Positions 52,788 through 64,000 of a DNA stretch of 64,000 nt are shown here, piece by piece. The notes beneath the pieces are model-generated. The model was not told the origin of the DNA, did no database searches, and saw nothing but the letters and a program-made list of their open reading frames with translations. This stretch comes from Mustelus asterias. Taxonomy: Eukaryota. Location: NCBI RefSeq assembly GCF_964213995.1, contig NC_135814.1:57288001-57352000 (forward strand). Direction: 5' to 3'. Position numbers and translations under genes: made by a program. The number at the start of each line of letters is the position of its first letter. The stretch's first letter is position 1.

Positions 52788-54235
52788 CTTTTGCTACCAA
52801 ATAAACCTGTTGGACTTTAACCTGGTGTTGTTAAACTTCTTACTGTGTTTACCCCAGTCCAACGCCGGCATCTCCACATCGTGATTCACATCGGCATGCC
52901 CTGATGCTGACAGGAATGGATAGTCTATGCTGCGGGGGGGGGGGGGGGGGGGCAATGAGGTGTAAACACCTGATATGCATATTCCAGTAGATGTAAACTG
53001 TGGTCCCAACTGTTAAAGTCGGGATCTCTGTTACATCATTAGTGGGAGATGGGAAAATCGAGCAGGGAAATCCCACCGGTGGAAAAGCTGTTTTGGGATT
53101 TGAAGTTCTCCCGCTCGATTGTTTGTACTTCCTCCCACCACCCCCACCCCCCACCCCCCCCCTCCCCCCCCCCCCCCTCCCGCCCCAACCCACACTCCCA
53201 CACCACTGTGTTTTCAAATTATGCTGCCATGAGGCAACCTGCAGCTGAGAAATGAATCTAGGTGTGACGAATATAAAAGAATATAGGGACCAACAGCAAG
53301 GAAATGAGATTCGAGAGCACCAGTTGAAGAGCTAGTTTCAGAGCAGGCAACACAAACTCAATACCTCCTTCCATGTTATAAGATTTGTGATTTATGGTTC
53401 AATAATCAATTGCAAAGCTTCAAAGATGAAAGCAGCTCTGCCTATAAAAAATAGTTTGGGGGATCCTTTTTTTCGGGGATCTAGGATTGTCCGGCTTCAA
53501 TTTATAAGAAATCCTCTATTTATCTTTCAATTTATTTAATAGCTATGTCTAATATTGCCACAATTTGAAATAGTTTTTGTTGAGTTTCCTGGAAGAAATT
53601 GCTGCTAGCTGTGTCTCTACAAAACAGGTTTAAGCGAATACATGTGTTATCAGAATTTGAAACTCTAGTAACCTTTAGATTAAAGCTAAAGAAATGAACA
53701 TTTTGAAAGATTATTTTCTCTGATGATTTAATTACATTGGACTAATTGTGAATGCTTTTGAACTGTGTTCTTGTTCCGAAGGTTCTGAAGAGTCCTAGCT
53801 TGGTGTTTTGATCTGGGGTTGGCCAACCTTACCAGATCTAATCCAGTTCCGGCTCATCAGGGCCTGAATGAAGTGTGAACGAGCGTTCAGTCAAGCTGGG
53901 GCCATAGCCAACACAAGCCAATGTGTTTCTGGTTCTGGATGAGAACTTCAAATCCCAAGCCTTTCCTTGCAGGGGAGTGATAGGGCAGCTGCTGGCTACC
54001 GCTTTAATGTATCTGTTCATAGGGATGAGCCATGCAACAAAGTCTCTGAGAGGTGGAACTCAACAAAATTTACAACTGAGATGTGGCCCATGTAACATTA
54101 TCAAATGATGTGAGGAACCTCAAAACAGCTTGATACAGTGGTTTCTGTCTCCCAGCCAGGAGGTCAGGAATATCTAAGAGCATTTTTGGCTATACAGTTG
54201 TTACATTTTGGCTCACTGGAAGTGGAAGACATTTT

Positions 54236-54355
54236 CATAGAATCATGGAATCCTTACAGTGCAGAAGGAGACCATTTGGCCCATCAAGCCTGCAGTGACA
54301 ACAATCCCATCCAGGCCCTATCCCCATAACCCCATGTATTTACCCTGCTAATCTC
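54236..54355 (-). mobile_element. HE1 SINE 3' fragment
   Basis: Matches 37540-37650. Confidence 0.8.
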
Positions 54356-55504
54356 CCAATTTTGGGTTGGGTGTTTGAACTGAAGAGATGCCCAAATCAT
54401 AACACAAGATGTTCACAATGTCCAGTAATCAAATGTTAGCGGTGAATTTAACTGGCCACTCACCAGTTTTTAACAGGTGGACAGTTAAAATTGCCCAGGA
54501 ATCGTATTCATGAATGACCCGCTTGATCCACTGCCTTCTATTGTATTCAGAGCCAAATAGATAAGCCGTCATCCATTTTGCTACTTCCTTTGTGTTGCAG
54601 CCTAGGACAAACATGAGTGTTGCTGTACCATGAGCCTCTCTCCATTTCCTGATTAGAAGCCTGTCTCGAAACTTGCACCCTGTGCCTTACATGCCTTCCA
54701 GTGACCAATCCTGCAATCCATTCTGATGGCTTTGTGGCGCCCAGAATTACTTTCTCACCCATTGGCCAGCTGCTGCTTCTCATTGGTTTTGGGCGGGCAA
54801 CTGACTGGTGGTGTATAAGTGATTTCCTGGAGTTAAAATCGCCTGAACCTTTTGTGACAATATCTGGTTTGGCACTCACCTCGGTCTAGTGCTCACCCAA
54901 TTCCCAGGGTGGAATTCTCCCATCCTGCCTGTGCTGGGTTTGGTGGTGGGTGGGAGCAGAGAGCCTAGCAGGAGCCGGAAGGGTGTAAACATGCCGCCAT
55001 AAAATCACGTTGTAATTCTCCCAGTGGCGGGTTAATGGCGGGTCAGTCCTCCCATTGGCTGGTGGTGTGAATTTCATTTGCATCTATTTGCATCTCATGA
55101 ATGCTCATTAAAACACCTGTCCCCGCTGGTATCCTGTCAGTTCTTCCTTGCATTTGCCAGCGTGAAATTATTGGTTTTAAACCCAATTGATAAACAGTGG
55201 TGTGCTCAGGCTCGCCAGAGACTTTGAGGTGAGTGCAACAAAGGTTACCTTCCATAATGCTGCTCCTAATGTGCTGTTCACCACTCTGTCAGAGCAGACT
55301 GGTTCCTGCCTCTGTCTCTATACTGAGCTGGACTTCATGGACCATATTACTGGACCCATTGACCCTCCTGTGTCACCAAGTCGGATCAGTATTGTGCCTG
55401 AGGTTGGGGAGTACAGGGGTCTCCTTCCTCCTCCTCTCCCAGTGCCACACAGCAGTGTCTATCTGGACAGCATTGTGCTGTGGGACTCATGTAGTCACTG
55501 CATC

Positions 55505-56925
55505 AAAGGTCTCAAATTTGATGATGCCACTTTCCAAAATAGTGCTGCCGATACGTCTTCCTTCTTCCTCAATCGTGGTTTTCCATCCACTGGAGTTGAC
55601 AGGGCTCTCAACTGCGTCCAACCCATCCCCCGGGCCACTGTTCTCACCCACTCCCCTCCCTTCCAGAACCAGGATCGGGTCCCCCTTGTCCTCACTTTTC
55701 ACCCCACCAGTCTCCGCATTCAAAGGACCATCCTCCACCATTTCCACCAACTCCAGCATGATGTCACTACACAACACATCTTCCCCTCACCACCACCCAC
55801 CTCCCCACCCCCCCCCCTCCCCCCCGCAACCACCCGTCAGCATTCCACAGGGAGCATTCTCTCCGGGACACCCTAGTCCACTCCTCCATCACACCCAACA
55901 CATCAACCCCTGCCCACGGCACCTTCCTATGCAATCGTAGAAGCTGCAACACCTGCCCCTTTACCTCCTCCCTGCTCACCATCCCAGGTCCTAAACACCC
56001 AGCGCTTCACCTGTACCTCCTTCAATCTGGTCTATTACATTTGCCGCTCCCAATGCGGTCTACTCTACACAGACTGGGCGACCGTTTGCTGAACAACTTT
56101 GGTCTGTCCGCAAACAGGATCCAAATCTTCCTGTCGCTTGCCACTTCAACACACCACCCTGCTCTCCTGTCCATATGTCCGTTCTTGGCCTTTTGTAATG
56201 TTCTAGTGAACCTCAAAGCAAACTGGAGGAACAGTACCTCATCTTCCGATTGGGCACTTTACAGCCTTCCGGACTGAACATCGAGTTTAACAACTTCAGA
56301 GCATGAATTCTCCCCTCCACCTTCACCCCATTTCCATTTATTTTGTTTCATTTTGTTTCTTCTTTTCATCTCAATCATCCATTTTATCATCCTTCTTTCT
56401 CACTTTCATTTTTCCACTTCTCCATTCCAGCTCTCCTTCTTTCCCACCTGCCCCCCCTACCCAAGCCCCCCCCACTCCACCCCCCCACTCCAACTCCACC
56501 ACCCCCACCCCACACCCACCCCCCACCCCCCAACCCCACGCCCACCCCCCACCCCCCCAACCCCCGACCGCTTCAGGGCAACTGCCTCATTCCTCAGGCA
56601 GTCCATTAACCAACTGTACCTCTATCCTGCCATTCACACATTCTGACCACTTTATGGACTCTTTTAGCACCTTCTCAGCATTCTGTATCCTCATTTACAT
56701 TCCCTTTATCCAATTCCACTACCCCCCCCCCCCCCACCACCCCGCCACCCCACCTGCATAGTATAAATCTCTGCTGATTCTCTTAGCTCTCAGCTCTGAT
56801 GAAGGGTCGCCTAGACTCGAAGCGTTGGCTCATTCTCTCCCCACTGACGCTGTCAGACCTGCTGAGATTTTCCAACATTTTCTGTTTTTGTTTCAGATTC
56901 CAGCATCTGCTGTATTTTGCTTTTA
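55505..56925 (+). mobile_element. Second Penelope-like family: 3' part (thumb, Zn linker, GIY-YIG) and pLTR
   Basis: SFFLNRGFP..DRVPLVLTFHP, PCNRRSCNTC, FTCTSFNLVY. Hammerhead-like CTGATGA-AGGGTC..GACTC-GAAG at ~56796-56822. Confidence 0.85.
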
Positions 56926-56938
56926 ACTCAAATTTGAC

Positions 56939-57235
56939 TTGGGGGGCAGTGCAGGGTGAGGCTTGGGGGGCAGTGCAGGGTGAGGCTTGGGGGGCAGTGC
57001 AGGGTGAGGCTTGGGGGGCAGTGCAGGGTGAGGCTTGGGGGGCAGTGCAGGGTGAGGCTTGGGGGGCAGTGCAGGGTGAGGCTTGGGGTGCAGTGCAGGG
57101 TGAGGCTTGGGGGGCAGTGGCAGGGTGAGGCTTGGGGGGCAGTGCATGGTGAGGCTTGGGGGGCAGTGCAGGGTGAGGCTTGGGGGGCAGTGCAGGGTGA
57201 GGCTTGAGATGCAGTGCAGGGTGAGGCTTGGGGGG
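56939..57235. repeat. 24-bp G-rich minisatellite (TTGGGGGGCAGTGCAGGGTGAGGC), ~12 units
   Basis: Direct tandem units visible in the sequence. Confidence 0.95.
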
Positions 57236-57830
57236 AGGGGGTGGTGGAGGGGGAGGTGGTTGGTGGTGGATGGCCTGATGGAGACAAGGGGATGGGGGGT
57301 GGGGGGGGCGATGTAAGAGGAGGGCTGTGCAAGGAAGTGGCTGCGGGAAGAGTGGGGGCTCACAATGGCAGAGGGGCAAGGAGGCAGATGAAGAGAATGT
57401 ACAACAGAAGGCAGAGGGGAGACTGAGGGAAGGGAAATTGGACCCCAATTTCTGCACAACACACAGACAGACAAGAGCGGCTAAGGGATAGCACATGTAT
57501 GACTGGAAGGGGATGCACACAGGCCGCAGATTATGGGGTGGGTGCCTGTTAGTGTGGCACATTAGGGATGGTTCATACAGACACTCTGCAGGTCGGGACT
57601 TCAGTGCTTTGTGAAGGTCCCTGTTGTCCATGGTCCTCTTTGGAAACAGGAACTATCTCCAGGCTTCTGTTCAGGGGCTGGCAGACAATGGTCAGAGAGG
57701 GCAGATATTTCCGCTGTGAAATGGAAAGGACTCATAGTGATGGAAAATCCAGGGGTGGTGTGGACCACAGAAGTCAGAGAAAGAAGACAGCACCGGAGAG
57801 CACTGGCCAAGCTGCAACAACAAGCATTGG

Positions 57831-58410
57831 GCGCAGGGTGCACCGCGGGAACAGAGTGTACCCCAGGAGCAGGGTGTACCCCAGGAACAGAGTGTACCCC
57901 AGGAGCAGAGTGTACCCCAGGAGCAGGGTGCACCGCAGGAACAGAGTGTACACCAGGAGCAGGGTGTACCCCAGGAGCAGAGTGTACCCCAGGAACAGAG
58001 TGTACCCAGGAGCAGGGTGCACCCCAGGAACAGAGTGTACCCCAGGAACAGAGTGTACCCCAGGAACAGAGTGTACCCCAGGAACAGGGTGTACCCCAGA
58101 AGCAGAGTGTACCCCAGGAGCAGGGTGTACCCCAGAAGCAGAGTGTACCCCAGGAACAGAGTGAACCCAGGAGCAGGGTGTACCCCAGGAGCAGGGTGCA
58201 CCCCAGGAGCAGGGTGCACCCCAGGAACAGAGTGTACCCAGGAGCAGGCTGTACCCCAGGAGCAGGGTGTACCCCAGGAGCAGGGTGTACCCCAGGAGCA
58301 GAGTGTACCCCAGGAGCAGGGTATACCCCAGGAGCAGGGTGTACCCCAGGAGCAGGGTGTACCCCAGGAGCAGAGTGTACCACAGGAGCAGGGTGTATCC
58401 CAGGAGCAGG
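57831..58410. repeat. 18-bp satellite (CCCCAGGAGCAGGGTGTA)n, left block
   Basis: About 32 tandem units. Confidence 0.95.
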
Positions 58411-59822
58411 AAATTGCTGGGCCTCTAACAGAAATCTTTGTTTCTTCATTGGACACAAGTGAGGTCCCGGAGTATTGGAGGATAGCAAATGTGGTCCCGT
58501 TATTTAAGAAGGGTAGCAAGGATAGCTGGGGTAATTATAGGCCAGTGAGTTTGACGTCCATGGTAGGGAAATTGTTGGAAGAAGATTCTTAGAGATAGGA
58601 TCCGTACACATTTAGAACTGAATAGTCTCATTAGCAATAGACAACATGGTTTTGTACGAGGGGGGGTCCTGCCTCACAAATTTGGTTGAGTTTTTTGAGG
58701 AGGTGACAAAAATGATTGACGAGGGAAGGGCCATGGATGTCGTCTACATGGATTTTAGTAAAGCGTTTGACAAGGTCCGTCATGGCAGGCTGGTGCAAAA
58801 GGTTAAATCTCATGGGATCAAAGGTGAACTAGCTAGATGGGTACAGAACAGGCTTGGCCATAGAAGACAGAGGGTAGCAGTGGAGGGGTCTTTTTCTGAT
58901 TGGAGGTCTGTGACTAGTGGTGTTCACAGTAACAGTTTTAACAACACCAGGTTAAAGTCCAACAGGTTTATTTGGTAGCAAATACCATTAGCTTTCGGAG
59001 CGCTGCTCCTTCGTCAGATGGAATGGAAATTTCCACTCCCATCTGACGAAGGAGCAGTGCTCCGAAAGCTAATGGGGGAGCTATACAATAAATGGCAGAA
59101 CCATCAGGAGTATAGACACACAGAGGGATCTGGGTGTGCAAGTCCACAGATCCTTAAAAGTGGCAGCACAGGTGGAAAAGTGGTGAAGAAGGCATATGGC
59201 ATGCTTGCCTTTATTGGACGGGGCATAGAGTATAAAAGTTGGCATATGATGTTGCAGTTATATAGAACGTTGGTTAGGCCACATTTGGAATACTGCATAT
59301 AGTTCTGGTCGCCACACTACCAGAAGGATGTGGAGGCTTTGGAGAGAGTACAGAAAAGGTTTACCAGGATGTTGCCTGGTATGGAGGGTATTAGGTATGA
59401 GGTGAGATTGAGTAAACTAGGGTTGTTCTCCCTGGAAAGACGGAGGTTGAGGGGCGACCTAATAGAAGTTTATAAAATTATGAAGGGCATAGATAGGGTG
59501 AACAGTTGGAAGCTTTTTCCCAGGTCAGAAATGACAAACACAAGGGGTCACAAGTTCAAGGTAAGGGGGGCAAAGTTCAATACAGATATGCGGGGGACGT
59601 ATTTTACACAGAGGGTGATGGGGGCCTGGAATGCACTACCAAGCAAGGTGGTTGAGGCAGACATGCGAGGATCATTTAAGACTTATCTAGATAGCCACAT
59701 GAACAGACTGGGAATAGAGGGATACAAACGGATGGTCTAGTTAGGAACACATGATCGGTGCAGGCTTGGAGGGCCGAAGGGCCTGGTCCTGTGCTGTATT
59801 GTTCTTTGTTCTTTGTTCTTTA
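58408..59822 (+). mobile_element. CR1 LINE (RT 3' part) inserted in the 18-bp satellite
   Basis: [40 protein letters not shown] and a (TTCTTTG)n tail. Confidence 0.93.
58926..59076. mobile_element. Mini PLE with back-to-back hammerhead pair, replacing part of the CR1 RT
   Basis: Inverted pLTR end, then a near-perfect palindrome at 58985-59076 with CTGACGA-AGGAGCAG(C/T)GCTCC-GAAAGCTA on each strand. Confidence 0.88.
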
Positions 59823-59824
59823 TT

Positions 59825-60632
59825 CAGGGTGTACCCCAGGAGCAGGGTGTATCCCAGGAGCAGAGTGTACCCCAGGAGCAGGGTGTACCCCAGGAGCAGG
59901 GTGTACCCCAGGAGCAGGGTGTATGCCAGGTGAAGGGTGTACCCCAGGAGCAGGGTGTACCCCAGGCGCAGGGTGTACCCCAGGAGCAGGGTGTATCCCA
60001 GGAGCAGAGTGTACCCCAGGAGCAGGATGTACCCCAGGAGCAGGGTGTATCCCATGAGCAGAGTGTACCCCAGGAGCAGGGTGTACCCCAGGAGCAGGGT
60101 GTACACCAGGAGTAGGGTGTACCCCAGGAACAGAGTGTATCCCAGGAGCAGGGTGTACCCCAGGAGCAGGGTGTATCCCAGGAGCAGGGTATATCCCAGG
60201 AGCAGAGTGTACCCCAGGTGCAGGGTGTATCCCAGGAGCAGAGTGTACCCCAGGAGCAGGGTGTACCCCAGGAGCAGAGTGTACCCCAGGAGCAGGGTGC
60301 ATCGCAGGAGCAGAGTATACCCCAGGAGCAGGGTGTATCCAAGGAGCAGCGTGTACCCCAGGAGCAGAGTGTACCCCAGGAGCAGGGTGTACCCCAGGAG
60401 CAGGGTGCATCCCAGGAGCAGAGTGTACCCCAGGAGCAGAGTGTACCCCTGGAGCAGGGTGTACCCCAGGAGCTTAGTGTATCCCAGGAGCAGGTGTACC
60501 CAGGAGCAGAGTGTACCCAGGAGCAGTGTACACCCCAGGAGCAGAGTGTGCCCCAGGAGCAGGTGTACCCAGGAGCAGGGTACACCCCAGGAGCAGAGTG
60601 TGCCCCAGGAGCAGAGTGTACCCCCGGAGCAG
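59825..60632. repeat. 18-bp satellite, right block
   Basis: About 45 tandem units of the same monomer. Confidence 0.95.
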
Positions 60633-62164
60633 GGAGGGGCCAGGGCTGTGTGCTTCAAAGAAAAAATGCACAACTTGGTGTAGAGGCCAGTCCCACAGTC
60701 AGTATCCCTGGGCGTGGCAGACTCTATGGTGGGCTGTAGAGAGTATGGTGACGGTCATGCCTACTGCCAATTGCAGAGGGGGTATGTGAAGCTCTCATGG
60801 GGGTGAGTGGGGGGGAAACCCCATGTAAGTGACAGTGCACATGGCCTCCAGATGGGGTGGGTACAGGTCCTTGTGGGGCAAGGGTGCCTCGCAGGTGCTG
60901 GACTCATGTGGGAGTGCATCAGTGTCCACCATCACAACCACAAGATCCAGTATCAGTCATCTCTACCCACACACCGGGTAAATCAGAGGCACATGGAAAG
61001 TGAGGGAAGGAGAGCCACACTCCATCCTGTAATAAAGCTGCAGCACCACCCTCTTGACTTTCAAGTAAAATGGAGTCTTCCAAAGTCAAAAGTAAGATCG
61101 ATTCTATTTAGAATGGATATAATGAAGTGTGGGAGGACCACTAAATGGGCCTCTGGGACTCTTTGCTCCGTCCCTCTAAGGTCAACACAGCAGAAGAAGG
61201 TCACCTGGCTTGAGGGATCAATTGGGACTGAGAGTGGTAATCACCCCAGGGGGTGAAGACCGCTCTTAGGCAGAAGACACATAGAAGATATCTGGAAGAC
61301 ATGTATGGACTGGGGTGGATGGTGGGCTGTTCCAGGGCAGCCGTGAGATGCTGCTGGCCTCAGTACCATTTTTCCTTGTTATACAGACCCTTTGTGTTCC
61401 TGATGAAGTCTGTGAGCGTGCATCATTACAGGGTCCTTCTTGGAATGCATCCTCACTTGTTGGTGCTGCTACAATGGACAGGCTCCAGATCAATTATACA
61501 GGACTCACTGGCCAGGAAGCAAGATCAAACCAGATTTCTACATTTGTGTTTTTAAAGGGATCGGCACAACTCAATAGGCTTGCATCACATTTGGAAAAGC
61601 TACATAGTGGAATGCAGCCTTGGAGAGTGAAGGCAATAGTGATGGGGGCACAGCTGCATCCATTCTGCCATCCCATCAGCCAAGGGGAATCACAGGTTAT
61701 AAATAATGTTCATCAGTGGCTTTCATTCATTCACTATGAGCAAACAAATGCCCACAGTTATACCAAGTCAATGAGTGAAGGTCAGAGCCACAGCAGTTCA
61801 ATGAGGTAATTCACAAGTGCCCCCCCCCCCCCGCCCCCGCCACAGAGGGCTCCAGATATGACACCTGTGGAATGGAATGCTGCTTCCCTCTATGTGAGTG
61901 CTACAGCCCCAGGGTAAGGTCGCATGAGTGTCAATGCAATCTAATGTGCCAAAGCTTAGCTGCCAAACCTCTCCTTCATTCACACCTTTGTTTTAAGTAC
62001 CCTTTTCCCATTCTGGTCTTCAATGTCTTTTTTCAGAGAGGAGGCAAGAGTGAGAATGGATCCAGTGACTCAGGGAGCATTTCAATGAATCCTCATTCAA
62101 GGCAGGAGGTGAAGGGAGGAAAAGTGTCTATGTGCACAGCTCCAGCAGGAGGCATTGCATGTCC

Positions 62165-63810
62165 AACTGGGGAAGGGGCCATACTGGACCCGGTATTGGG
62201 GAATGAGCCCGGCCAGTGGTCGATGTTTCATTAGAGGAACAGTTCGGGAACACTGACCACAATTCAGTAAGCTTTAAGGTACTGATGGATAAAGATAAGT
62301 GTAGTCCTCAAGTTAAAGTGCTAAACTGGGAGAAGGCTAATTACAACAATAACTGAAGAATGTAGATTGGGGGCAGATGTTTGAGGACAAATCAACATCT
62401 GGCATGTGGGAGGGTTTCAAGTGTAAGTTGATAGGGATTCAGGACCTTCACATTCCTGTGAGGATGAAGGATAAGTATGGCAAGTTTTGGGAACCTTGGA
62501 TAACGAGAGATATTGTGAGTCTAGTCAAAGAGAAAAAGGAAGCATTTGTCAAAGCTAGGAGGCTGGGAACACACGAAGCAAGTATGGAATACAAGGAAAG
62601 TAGAAAGAAACTTTAGCAAGGAGTAAAGAGGGCTAAAAAGGGTCATGAAAAAGCATTGGCCAGCAGGATTAAGGAAAATCCCAAGGCTTTTTACACATAT
62701 ATAAAGAGCAAGAGGGTAGCCAGGGAGAGGGTTGGCTCACTCAAGGACAAGGGAGGAAATCTATGCATGGAGCCAGAGGAAATGGGTGAGGTATTAAATG
62801 AGTACTTTGCGTCAGTATTCACCAAAGAGAAGGACTTGGTGGATGATGAGTCTGGGAAAGGGTGTGTAGATAGTTTGAGTCATGTTGAGATCAAAAAGGA
62901 GGAGGTATTGGGGTTCTTGAGAAACATTAAGGTAGACAAGTCCCTAGGGCCTGATGGGATATATTCCAGAATACTGAGAGAGGCAAGGGAGGAAATTGCT
63001 GGGGTCTTGAGAGAAATCTTTGTATCCTCACTGGCTACAGGAGAGGTACACACAGTAAGAAGTCTCACAACACCAGGTTAAAGTCCAACAGGTTTATTTG
63101 TAGTAAACGCCACTAACTTTCGGAACAGGCTGTTCCTTTGTCAGGTGGGTGGGAGTTCTAATCACGAACAGGACACAAAGACACAAACTCAATTTACATG
63201 AATAATGATTGGAATGTGAGTCTTTACAGCTAATCAAGTCTTAAAGGTACAGACAATGTGAGTGGAGAGAGCATTGAGCACAGGTTAAAGAGATGTGTAC
63301 TGTTTCCAGACAGGAAAGTTAGTGAGATTTTGCAAGTCCAGGCAAGTTGTGAGGGTTACAGATAATGTGACATGAACCCAAGATCCCAGTTGAGGCCATC
63401 CACTACAGGAGAGGTCCCAGAGGATTGGAGAATAGCCAATGTTGTTCCTTTCTTTAAGAAGGGTAGCAAGAATAATCCAGGTAATTACAGGCCAGTGAGC
63501 CTTACATCAGTGGTAGGGAAATTATTGGAGAGGATTCTTCGAGACAGGATTTATTCCCACTTGGAAATAAGTGGACATATTAGTGAGAGGCAACATGGTT
63601 TTGTGAAGGGGAGGTCGTGTCCCACTAACTTGATCGAGTTTTTCAAGGAAGTGACGAAGATGATTGATGAGGGTAGGGCAGTGGATGTTGTCTACATGGA
63701 CTTCAGTAAGGCCTTTGATGAGATCTCTCTTGGCAGACTGGTGCAGAAGGTGAAGTTGCATGGGATCAGAGGTGAGCTGGCAAGGTGGATACAAAACTGG
63801 CTCGGTCAAA
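62165..63810 (+). mobile_element. CR1 LINE ORF2 (end of endonuclease through RT)
   Basis: AILDPVLGNEPG, IKENPKAFYTYIKSKR, NYRPVSLTSVVGK, YMDFSKAFD. Confidence 0.93.
63048..63402 (-). mobile_element. Penelope pLTR inserted in CR1
   Basis: TSD CTACAGGAGAGGT. Homologous to 14305-14645. Hammerhead core mutated (CTGACAA). Confidence 0.9.
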
Positions 63811-63853
63811 GACCCCAGTGTTTACCCCAGTCCAACGCCGGCATCTCCACATC

Positions 63854-64000
63854 ATGACTACTATCGACACCGCAAACTGCCGGCTCCAAGTGGAGAGGAT
63901 CTCCAAGAAGATCGCGCATATCGACACAGACATCAAGTTTCTACAAAGATGCAAGAAAGCAGACAAAATACTGAAAGGACTACGGATCACGAACCCACTC
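63854..64000 (+). CDS. 5' start of a Penelope-like ORF (runs off the window)
   Basis: The pLTR tail ...GCATCTCCACATC is followed directly by ATG: MTTIDTANCRLQVERISKKIAHIDTDIKFLQRCKKADKILKGLRITNPL (FL.RC....KGL N-terminal PLE motif). No stops. Confidence 0.8.
   Translation, partial: MTTIDTANCRLQVERISKKIAHIDTDIKFLQRCKKADKILKGLRITNPL

Larger units (their letters stand above)
50872..52880. mobile_element. Neptune-type Penelope insertion forming a ~1 kb inverted repeat
   Basis: 13-bp TSD GTGATTCACATCG (50859-50871, 52881-52893). Minus arm 50872-51842, plus arm 51843-52880. Both arms contain GIY-YIG sequence (PCHSNLCKTC, VVYL.RC, WYIGET) and a pLTR. Confidence 0.95.
50488..53115. mobile_element. 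Probable Harbinger-derived non-autonomous element hosting the large PLE
   Basis: Starts GGGTGGAATTTTC and ends near AAGTTCTCCCGC. Sequence is continuous across the PLE TSD. Confidence 0.4.

Noticed and set aside
54429-54879. Minus-strand ORFs, one vaguely PH-domain-like
   Set aside because: Similarity too weak, and the apparent donor lies in a small inverted-repeat element.
56783-57631. Pro-rich 282-aa ORF and overlapping ORFs
   Set aside because: Generated by the 24-bp minisatellite and G-rich tracts.
57831-60632. CRISPR-like array
   Set aside because: Units are contiguous with no unique spacers. Vertebrate context and no cas genes.
57568-60739. Long ORFs of 170-310 aa in all six frames
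   Set aside because: By-product of a stop-free 18-bp tandem repeat. No splice or other coding evidence.

Overview
Eukaryotic, repeat-dominated intronic or intergenic DNA. The repeat complement (HE1/V-SINEs, SacSINE1-type Deu-SINE, CR1 LINEs, Neptune-type Penelope-like elements) points to a shark genome; this is inference. I could not confidently identify an intact host gene, only weak minus-strand exon candidates near 16.6-17.4 kb. The window is a nest of decayed transposons: five Gypsy LTR elements (three lacking RT/RNase H), two solo LTRs with target-site duplications (TSDs), about ten CR1 fragments, a Rex1-like LINE, Harbinger transposase remnants with their MITEs, and nine Penelope-like (PLE) insertions. 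The PLEs carry about eleven minimal hammerhead ribozyme motifs. An 18-bp satellite split by a CR1 and a 24-bp G-rich minisatellite lie near the right end. The most noteworthy observations are: several locally templated insertions copied from 0.5-3.5 kb away; a stereotyped inverted-pLTR architecture that includes a ~1 kb hairpin and a back-to-back hammerhead pair; and gag-protease-only LTR elements whose pol is replaced by unrelated sequence. Family names come from recognised motifs, not database searches, and identity estimates are by eye.
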